Positions 1 to 6,505 of a stretch of 32,000 nucleotides of DNA are shown here, piece after piece (the stretch's first letter is position 1; each line of letters starts with the position of its first letter). The DNA comes from Synechococcus elongatus PCC 6301 (GTDB taxonomy: Bacteria > Cyanobacteriota > Cyanobacteriia > Synechococcales > Synechococcaceae): NCBI RefSeq assembly GCF_000010065.1, contig NC_006576.1, forward strand, positions 420,001-452,000, in the 5' to 3' direction. The translations under genes and the position numbers were made by a program. The notes beneath the pieces are model-generated. The model was not told where the DNA came from. It saw only the letters and a list, made by a program, of their open reading frames with translations, and searched no databases.

Positions 1-42
1 TCGGCTTTGGGGTCGAGCAAAAAACAGATTGAGAGCTGGCTA

Positions 43-1368
43 TTACAATTGCTGCGGTGGACTGAAGACCAGTTGCAATTGCAACGACCACTCGCGTCGC
101 GATCGCCGTTGGAGTTGAATCTCGCGGATAAATTCCCGAAAGAAAAAGCGCCGCTCCACTTCCGAAAGATCCTGCCAGAACTGGGGAATAGCAACGGCTT
201 GCACCAATTCCGGCAGATTGACGGGCGAGAGTTGGGCTTGGCGATCGCGAAGTTGCACCAGTTCCGTTTGAAGCTGAAGCCGTCGGATAGCAGCTGTCTC
301 CGCGTCGAGGATGCCCCGCGCTTCTAAATCTGGCAGTTCAACGCTCAGAATCTGCTGCAGTTCCGCTTGGCGACTAGCGATCGCAGACTTAGCCGGATTT
401 TGCTCTGGTTGACCCAGTGCTGAAACCGCGATCGGGAGTTCCTGGCAAATGGTTTGAATCACCGTTTGCAGGCACATATCGTAGGCGATCGCGCTGCAAC
501 GCGGGCTTTGTTGACAGGCAGCAGGCGATCGCAGATAAAGGTATTCACGGTCGCTGCGGTGGGGTTTGGTGCTGCCAACAATTAGATGCGCCTGACAGGT
601 TTGGCATTGCACCAGTCCGGCCAAGCAACGGGGTGCACTGGCAGTTTTGGGGGGGAGGCGTCGATTGCGCCGCAAAATGCGATCGATCTGCGCGGCTTCT
701 TCTCGCGATACCAAGGCGGGATGGGTGTCGGCCACGATCGCTCCACTGCCGTAGACCAAATCGCCGCGATAGGCCGGATGACTCAGCCAGCGGCGCACGG
801 TCATGACTGCGATCGCCCGCTGATGTTTTTGCGAGACATAGCGGGCAGCCCCTCGCAGGGAGCCATAAATCAGGAAATGCGCGACCCCATCTCGCACCAG
901 TGCAGCTGCAGCCCGATCGATCGCATAGCGATCTTTGCCGCGACGGTAGCCAAAGGGCGCAGGGCCGGGAGGTGGCAAGGCTTGCAATCGATTTCGGGCA
1001 TGACCAGCTTTTAACCGATCGCGTTGCTGCGATCGCTGTACTTCGGCCCAAAGTGGCAGTAAATCCAGTCCAGCAGCGGAATCGAGGGGGAGAGGTTCGT
1101 CTAAACCTACGATTTGCACTTGCACGGACTGTTGCTGACAGTGCTTCAGAACGGGCAACAAGGCATCAAGGCGATCGCCCAGATCGTGGAGTTGCCGAAG
1201 CCAAAGGCGATCGCCCGGCTGCAATTCCGTCAATAGCTGCTGTAACTGAGGGCGATCGGGGGCGGGCAATCGGTCACAAAAAACCCGATCGGGGGACTCT
1301 GGCCAAGTCTCGAGGGCAACCAGCGTTTCCCAAGTCGGATTCAAAGCGTAGTAGGCGACGATCGCCAC
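43..1368 (-). CDS. Serine recombinase / XisF-like (fdxN element excision controlling factor-like) protein, catalytic N-terminus degenerate
   Basis: 441-aa ORF; resolvase-like pattern 'DRPQLQQLLTELQPGDRLWLRQLHDLGDRLDALLPVL', Recombinase-domain pattern 'PPPGPAPFGYRRGKDRYAID...', and zinc-ribbon-like Cys pairs 'CLAGLVQCQTCQAHLIVG'. Confidence 0.75.
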   Translation of the reverse strand: MAIVAYYALNPTWETLVALETWPESPDRVFCDRLPAPDRPQLQQLLTELQPGDRLWLRQLHDLGDRLDALLPVLKHCQQQSVQVQIVGLDEPLPLDSAAGLDLLPLWAEVQRSQQRDRLKAGHARNRLQALPPPGPAPFGYRRGKDRYAIDRAAAALVRDGVAHFLIYGSLRGAARYVSQKHQRAIAVMTVRRWLSHPAYRGDLVYGSGAIVADTHPALVSREEAAQIDRILRRNRRLPPKTASAPRCLAGLVQCQTCQAHLIVGSTKPHRSDREYLYLRSPAACQQSPRCSAIAYDMCLQTVIQTICQELPIAVSALGQPEQNPAKSAIASRQAELQQILSVELPDLEARGILDAETAAIRRLQLQTELVQLRDRQAQLSPVNLPELVQAVAIPQFWQDLSEVERRFFFREFIREIQLQRRSRREWSLQLQLVFSPPQQL

Positions 1369-1507
1369 GACCGTCCGTCAGTAGGCTACTTTTTCAGCCA
1401 GCTAAGCATAGCCCGCGGTTTTTTGCCCACCGACCCGATCGGATGCTCAGCTTCTAGGTAGCGAATGACGGTCATTTCAAGCCAAGGCGGATCCGAGCAG
1501 CCAACTA

Positions 1508-1589
1508 AACTCTGATTTAGTTAGAGACTCAACTGACATCGATCGCCATCAACCGGATCGCACCCTTGAGGATCACTGCGATCGCAGCA
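1508..1589 (+). repeat. Copy A of 82-bp imperfect direct repeat bounding the island
   Basis: Gapless alignment with 4248-4329, about 72/82 identical; shared blocks CAACTGACATC and CTTGAGGATCACTGCGATCGCAGCA. Confidence 0.85.
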
Positions 1590-1814
1590 CTGCCACACTT
1601 CTTGTCACTATCAGCGGTAGAAGCAGGGGAAACACTCTAAGAAACCTATCGACAATTGTGGTCACAATTAGGCGTGCAATTGGATGGCGATCGCCCGCCC
1701 GCTCACAACTTGTTATTAACGCGGCAGTGGTTATTTATTGTTCCGCTTAGTCGTGAAAGCCACCTGCCGATTAACGTCAATGCCTTGGGTTTCGCGGATC
1801 GCACCCGAAAGGCC

Positions 1815-1839
1815 AGGGGTTCGAATCCCCTTAGCTCCA
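1815..1839 (+). pseudogene. 3'-terminal tRNA/tmRNA-like fragment (T arm plus acceptor 3' strand)
   Basis: AGGGG-TTCGAAT-CCCCT then TAGCTCCA; no D arm, anticodon arm or 5' acceptor strand found upstream. Confidence 0.65.
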
Positions 1840-1896
1840 TCTTTCAGGAATTGAATGACTGCGAATTGCAGGCTGATCGCAGTAGCGCTAAAGGGT

Positions 1897-1955
1897 GTTC
1901 AACAGCTCACAGATTAAGTTACCAAGAACTGTTATTGGTTGGGATGCTGTTAGGT
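1897..1955 (-). other. attC-like integron recombination site, 59 bp
   Basis: Minus strand ACCTAAC-AGC...ACCAA-TAACAGTTC-TTGGT...GCT-GTTGAAC: matches RYYYAAC and GTTRRRY cores, spacer AGC/GCT pairs, central ACCAA/TTGGT stem. Starts 8 bp after the stop codon of the 1964-3388 gene. Confidence 0.55.
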
Positions 1956-1963
1956 TGCTGACG

Positions 1964-3388
1964 CTATTTCATTTTACTTGCAGAGGGAAAAACTCTTCCA
2001 TCAACAACAAAAATCTCTGGTGCCCTTTTACCGGCAGCCACTTGATCCTTCCTAAATTTGATTAGCTCCTCTAAAGCTTTAATGGACTCAGTGGTTCTAA
2101 TAATTAGAAAAATACTGTATTGCGTCCGCTCAGCAGCACCATATATGGGAAGTTGTTTCTCATAACCTGCTCTAATATTATTTGATGTGTATTTTATCTC
2201 AACATTCACTCGCGCATTGTAGCCACTAGAAATTTTAAAATCGACAGGACCCCGTCCAGCGTTAGGTTCTCTATTTAAATCTAGATTATGAGCACCGCAG
2301 TAGGCAACAGCTATACCAAAGAAAAGCAATTGTGCAAAACGCTCATTCCGCAGATTTTTTGACTCATCCCAAAAATGCACAGATAACCCATTAGCCTCAA
2401 CCAAAACTTTGAAATGATCACATATCTTGAGAATTAACTGAAGAATATTTTCAGGGGTTACTTTATCTACACCCAACAAGAGTGGATAAAGATTAGCATA
2501 CTCCCTTGCGATATCAAGCCAAATGAGCTGTCCTGATGGATCCTTGTCAAAATCGTATTTTTCAGCAGAGTTTTTCTTGTATTGTTCTACTAAATCTTTC
2601 AGTAATTCGGGATGATGAAGGAGAATATATTTCAACTCACATTTTGTGATTTTTCTTCTCTTCCCTGATGCATCTTTCCAAGAATCTCCGATGATTTCAT
2701 TTACACGATTACGCAAGTCTTCGTTATGAGCACAAACACGATCAATATCATCCCAACCATTTGCGACAGGAAGGTCATTGAGAATCTCGCAAGGGATCAA
2801 TACTGTAGGACGATTGCTACCAGCAATGGCTGGAAGTAAGAATTCCTTTCCACGTGCTTTTGCTTGACAGGTATTTAAACTAAGATTTTTAGCAACTCGT
2901 TCTGAGTAAGTTGGCAAGTCCAGAAGGATTATATGAATTGTCATATCGCTGATTCGATCAGCACCGATATTTTCTTCAATAAGACCAACTAGCTCAAAAA
3001 TAACTGGATCGGTTATGCCTGCTTGTATGATTTCCCAAGCAGTGTTGGTTAGATTTAGGGCAATTCCTGAACCGATACCACTACCTGATATACCCTCTGT
3101 AGAATAGCCTAAAGATACAAATGGTAGTTCTGGAAATATCAATTTTTTGTGCGCTGCACGAAAGAAGCTATCGCCAGAATGTTTGGTTGCCTCTAAAAGA
3201 TGAATGATTTTCGTGAAATGAGTTTTGAAACTTAGATATGAGTTCTCAAGCTCTGGAATTTTGGTGCTTCTAAGAAGATGGGGATCAACATAGAACTTGG
3301 AGTCAAGATCTATAAATCCATTAAATACTCCCTCTCTTCTCAGATCTTCTTCAGTAACCCCAAAGATCTCGCTTATTCTTCTAGGCAT
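1964..3388 (-). CDS. Orphan protein with PD-(D/E)XK-like nuclease signature; candidate cassette-borne defence/restriction-like nuclease
   Basis: 474-aa ORF, AT-rich and HIP1-free; C-terminal 'GRGPVDFKISSGYNARVNVEIKY' fits D-Xn-E-X-K, preceded by helix 'NERFAQLLFFGIAVAYCG'. No family recognised from memory. Confidence 0.6.
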   Translation of the reverse strand: MPRRISEIFGVTEEDLRREGVFNGFIDLDSKFYVDPHLLRSTKIPELENSYLSFKTHFTKIIHLLEATKHSGDSFFRAAHKKLIFPELPFVSLGYSTEGISGSGIGSGIALNLTNTAWEIIQAGITDPVIFELVGLIEENIGADRISDMTIHIILLDLPTYSERVAKNLSLNTCQAKARGKEFLLPAIAGSNRPTVLIPCEILNDLPVANGWDDIDRVCAHNEDLRNRVNEIIGDSWKDASGKRRKITKCELKYILLHHPELLKDLVEQYKKNSAEKYDFDKDPSGQLIWLDIAREYANLYPLLLGVDKVTPENILQLILKICDHFKVLVEANGLSVHFWDESKNLRNERFAQLLFFGIAVAYCGAHNLDLNREPNAGRGPVDFKISSGYNARVNVEIKYTSNNIRAGYEKQLPIYGAAERTQYSIFLIIRTTESIKALEELIKFRKDQVAAGKRAPEIFVVDGRVFPSASKMK

Positions 3389-3515
3389 AAAACTACTGTA
3401 AATACTGATACAAGCCTAGCGTCAGGATCGATGACAGGAGCAAATTCTCTAAAAGCTTGATTTGTCAGAAATGACGAAAGCTATGGGAGTATCGTCCTAT
3501 CCCAAAATTAAAGTA

Positions 3516-3585
3516 ACCTAACGTTGAAATTCGGCGGACGGCAAAAGCATAGCTTTTGAAGGTCCGCTAGAATGACGTGTTAGCA
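3516..3585 (-). other. attC-like integron recombination site, 70 bp
   Basis: Minus strand TGCTAAC...ATTC-TA-GCGGAC-CTTC-AAAAGC-TAT-GCTTTT-GCC-GTCCGC-C-GAAT...GTTAGGT: nested stems with asymmetric bulges closed by CTAAC/GTTAG. Confidence 0.6.
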
Positions 3586-3609
3586 CATTGCACATGCATG
3601 CCAAGGAAT

Positions 3610-3638
3610 TGGTGCGGAGAGGGGGAATCGACCCCCCC
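3610..3638 (-). pseudogene. 3'-terminal tRNA-like fragment with CCA (tRNA-Leu/Ser-like acceptor)
   Basis: Minus strand AGGGGGGTCGATTCCCCCTCTCCGCACCA: 5-bp T stem GGGGG/CCCCC, 7-nt loop GTCGATT, acceptor strand TCTCCGC-A-CCA; no upstream tRNA body seen. Confidence 0.5.
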
Positions 3639-3676
3639 TACGTTCACTCTTGGCAAGCAGCACAAATTCATGAACG

Positions 3677-3889
3677 CTAATCTCTCGTTTGGGTTGGAAT
3701 TTTCTCTTTCCAGAGACTCCGCAGGAACGCAATTCCGCACCAAACACATGCCATTACCGAAGTAAAGAAAGCGATTGAGTTTTTCATAAACACCTCCAGA
3801 GCGATCGCAATAAAGCCAAAGATAGAAGCGAAGACTTCCAACCCAAACGAGACTACGACGTTCACTTCAATGTGTACTTGTACCTCCAA
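3677..3889 (-). CDS. Possible small membrane protein (70 aa), non-ATG start
   Basis: Two hydrophobic stretches (VVVSFGLEVFASIFGFIAIALEVF and SIAFFTSVMACVWCGIAFL) with a charged tail; start is TTG and the true start is uncertain. Confidence 0.35.
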   Translation of the reverse strand: MEVQVHIEVNVVVSFGLEVFASIFGFIAIALEVFMKNSIAFFTSVMACVWCGIAFLRSLWKEKIPTQTRD

Positions 3890-4074
3890 GCCTGTTTTGT
3901 CGGCACCGACTAGGTCAGCACTAACTATGTATTAAGCGTCAGATCCGTTAGATAACTACCTTGATGTCTGATTTTATGCACCGGATCTACGGGATAACGC
4001 CCGAATCTTAAGGAATTAATTATCATTATCGCCGGATAACACCGTGGTTTTGGGATGTTATCCAGCATTTACCT

Positions 4075-4251
4075 ATGTCATCACCACAACCACCGTGCTT
4101 GCTTGATCAGGTGAGAGAAGCAATTCGTCCTAAACATTTCAGCCTCAAGACCGATAAGTCGTATCTTTACTACATTCGAGATTTCATCCCATCCCACAAC
4201 AAGCGCCATCCTAGAAAGATGGGGAGCGACGAGATTCGAGCTTACCTAACT
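4075..4251 (+). pseudogene. Truncated integron-type integrase (IntI/tyrosine recombinase) N-terminal SAM-like domain
   Basis: 'LLDQVREAIRPKHFSLKTDKSYLYYIRDFIPSHNKRHPRKMGSDEIRAYLT' matches the IntI-family N-terminus as I know it; similarity stops where the direct repeat begins; no catalytic domain. Confidence 0.8.
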
Positions 4252-4329
4252 CTGATTCAGTTAGCGATTCAACTGACATCAATTGCTAACAACTCGATCG
4301 CACGCTTGAGGATCACTGCGATCGCAGCA
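4248..4329 (+). repeat. Copy B of 82-bp imperfect direct repeat
   Basis: See copy A; left end coincides with the integrase truncation and right part contains the 3' end of the MFS ORF. Confidence 0.85.
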
Positions 4330-5488
4330 ACAGGCCATGCAAACCGCCCATGGCGATCGCCAGCGGCAGAATCAGTAGCGGCACCACTGCTAAGCCAGCA
4401 CCACTAGCAACCCAGCCGATTCCGGCCGGAATCAGTGCTGACCCCACACTGGCCGCACTGGTTGCAAAACCAACCGTCGCTGGAACCAAGCCTTCTGGTA
4501 GGCGTTTGGGAATCAGCCAGATGATGGTGGGGAAAATGGCAGCCAGCACAAAGCCAATTAACGGCAAACTGATCAGCGACTGAGGCTGCTGCCACCAGCC
4601 AATCAGCCCAACCATCAGCAAGCCCAGTGAGAGGGTAATGGTGCGGAGTCCACCCAGCGATCGCAAGCTGTAGCTCAGCAAGAATCGACCTGCCGTCAAT
4701 CCCGGCCTGTAGGCACTCAGGCCATAGCCTGCCCAAAGAGCTGGTGTTGCCCGAGCGATCGTTTGGACGCTGTAAGCCCAGTGGCTAACCGAGGCTTCGA
4801 TGCCGACATAGATCAGCAGAAATGCCCCAAACAAGAACACGATCGGGGTGCGGAGCGATCGCCGAAGTTGCACATCGGCAGAGGCGGCAAGCAGGTCTGG
4901 ATTCTTGAGCAGGGGCGGGTAGCGATAGAAGAGCGCCGCCAATACGCCCACCAGAAGCAAGCTAGTGAGCATGGCGAGAACGCTGTAGACTTGCCGCCAC
5001 TCCAAGCCCAAAGCCAACAGTGTGGTCGCGATCGCAGGCCCGGCAAAAGCGCCAATGCCATAGAAGCCGTGCAGCGCTCCCAGCAAATGCGCCGTGCGAT
5101 CGTCCTGCACCAGCGTTGTGTTGATGCCTGCATCAATCAACCCAATGCCCATGCCCAGCAGTGGCCCCGCCAGCACCATCAGTAGCCAAGCCGGAACGAG
5201 GGCATAAATCAGTAGTGCGGCGGTTAGCAGACTTGCAGCCAAGACCAGCAATCGTCCTAGCCCTAGTCGTGCCATGACCAAACTGCTGGCGATCGCCGCG
5301 AGGATGTAGCCACAGATCTGACTGATAAACAGCAGCGTGATCGTGGCTGAGGTCAGCCCATACTCCGCCAGAATTGAGGGCAACAGGACACCAAGACTGG
5401 CTTCTGCTAAACCGATACTGATGAAGGCATAGAAGGCGATCGCCACACTGATCCAAAGTGGCGGTGATGACTGAGCGACGAGGCGCAT
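4313..5488 (-). CDS. MFS transporter
   Basis: 391-aa multi-TM protein with MFS pattern; 'GPLLGMGIGLIDAGINTTLVQ', 'GLTAGRFLLSYSLR'. Confidence 0.85.
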   Translation of the reverse strand: MRLVAQSSPPLWISVAIAFYAFISIGLAEASLGVLLPSILAEYGLTSATITLLFISQICGYILAAIASSLVMARLGLGRLLVLAASLLTAALLIYALVPAWLLMVLAGPLLGMGIGLIDAGINTTLVQDDRTAHLLGALHGFYGIGAFAGPAIATTLLALGLEWRQVYSVLAMLTSLLLVGVLAALFYRYPPLLKNPDLLAASADVQLRRSLRTPIVFLFGAFLLIYVGIEASVSHWAYSVQTIARATPALWAGYGLSAYRPGLTAGRFLLSYSLRSLGGLRTITLSLGLLMVGLIGWWQQPQSLISLPLIGFVLAAIFPTIIWLIPKRLPEGLVPATVGFATSAASVGSALIPAGIGWVASGAGLAVVPLLILPLAIAMGGLHGLLLRSQ

Positions 5489-5503
5489 GGCTCTAACTCC
5501 GGC

Positions 5504-5959
5504 TTAGCGATCGCGGTCTAAATGGGTCAGCGTAACGGCGACCAGCAACAGACCAATCGCAACAACGCGAGACGGGCTGATCGGTTGAGGGGTAAGGCCA
5601 AACCAACCCCATTGGTCAATAACCAAGGACATCACCAACTGACTGCAGACCACCGCGAGCATCGTGGTCGTGAGCCCTAGCCTGCCAATGACCAGCGTAT
5701 TCAGGGTCACGTAGACGGCTCCAAGGCCACCTCCACAAAATGCCCAGATCGGCACTTGTCCAAGGTGATCGAGGGATTGAGCACCAAACACACCCAGCAC
5801 TAAGAGCAGCGACAGGGTACTGGAGCCGACGATGAAGTTGATGGCTGTTGCTGCAATGGGAGACCGCAGCGTTTGCTTCAGTCGAGCGTTGGCTGCCGCT
5901 CCTATGGATAGCAACCCGCCGCCCGATCCAGCACCCAGTAATGCAATCAAAACATCCAT
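5504..5959 (-). CDS. DMT-type YdcZ/DUF606 family membrane protein
   Basis: 151 aa, five hydrophobic segments, 'GGGLGAVYVTLNTLVIGRLGLTTTMLAVVCSQLVMSLVIDQWGWFGL'. Confidence 0.75.
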   Translation of the reverse strand: MDVLIALLGAGSGGGLLSIGAAANARLKQTLRSPIAATAINFIVGSSTLSLLLVLGVFGAQSLDHLGQVPIWAFCGGGLGAVYVTLNTLVIGRLGLTTTMLAVVCSQLVMSLVIDQWGWFGLTPQPISPSRVVAIGLLLVAVTLTHLDRDR

Positions 5960-5962
5960 GAC

Positions 5963-6457
5963 TTAAGCCCTCGGTTGCAACAGAAAGAAGAGAGCGATCG
6001 CGAATAGCCCCAAAGCCGCCCGCCGCAGGGGTGTCAGGCGATGCCGAGGCACATTCAGCCAGCCGTAGTGATCCGTGATGACGCTGACGATCGCCTGTCC
6101 ACTGACCACCAGGCCGAGTGTCAGGGTGGTGCCCAGAACAGAGGCGAAGTGCGTACTCGAAAGGACGTACCAAGGCCCCAGTACACCCCCAAGCCAACTC
6201 CAGCAAGGCGCGTGGGCGATCGCAGACCAGCGCGGGCGTCCAAACCGACCGCTGAGTAGCAGGCTGACAAGAACAACAGTGCCAGTCACATAAGAGAGCG
6301 TCGCCGCCAGAGGGACAGAGTCGAGCGATCGCGCCAGCTGAGCATTGCAACTGACTTGAATTGGCAGGATGGCGCCACTGAGCAGAGCCAGCCCCAGAAA
6401 CAAACAGACTTGGCAGCGAGCAGCAATCTGCCGCCAACTGGAACGGAGCAAAATCAT
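5963..6457 (-). CDS. DMT-type YdcZ/DUF606 family membrane protein (tandem paralogue)
   Basis: 164 aa; 'GGVLGPWYVLSSTHFASVLGTTLTLGLVVSGQAIVSVITDHYGWLN' parallels the neighbouring ORF. Confidence 0.75.
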   Translation of the reverse strand: MILLRSSWRQIAARCQVCLFLGLALLSGAILPIQVSCNAQLARSLDSVPLAATLSYVTGTVVLVSLLLSGRFGRPRWSAIAHAPCWSWLGGVLGPWYVLSSTHFASVLGTTLTLGLVVSGQAIVSVITDHYGWLNVPRHRLTPLRRAALGLFAIALFFLLQPRA

Positions 6458-6505
6458 TGAGGGCTAGCCTCTGAATTGGCTGTGACTGGGTAGATGCCGG
6501 TTGCC

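Noticed and set aside
900-1457. 185-aa plus-strand ORF opposite the XisF-like gene
   Set aside because: Antisense shadow ORF driven by HIP1-rich GC composition.
1656-1961. 101-aa plus-strand ORF overlapping the tRNA fragment and attC-like site
   Set aside because: Spans non-coding signatures, low-complexity/random-looking translation, no recognisable motif.
1815-3638. Functional tRNA genes
   Set aside because: Both candidates have only the T arm and acceptor 3' strand; no D/anticodon arms or 5' acceptor partner.
3567-3749. 60-aa minus-strand ORF ending in the attC-like element
   Set aside because: Overlaps the tRNA-like fragment and the hydrophobic ORF in another frame; no motif support.
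3922-3955. Third attC site formed by ATCTAAC (3955..3949) and GTTAGTG (3928..3922)
   Set aside because: Only 34 bp, second core deviates from GTTRRRY and no convincing internal stem; kept only as possible attI/border.
5616-6437. 273-aa minus-strand ORF overlapping both YdcZ-like genes in another frame
   Set aside because: The shorter frames encode recognisable multi-TM paralogues; this one is a frame-shifted shadow.
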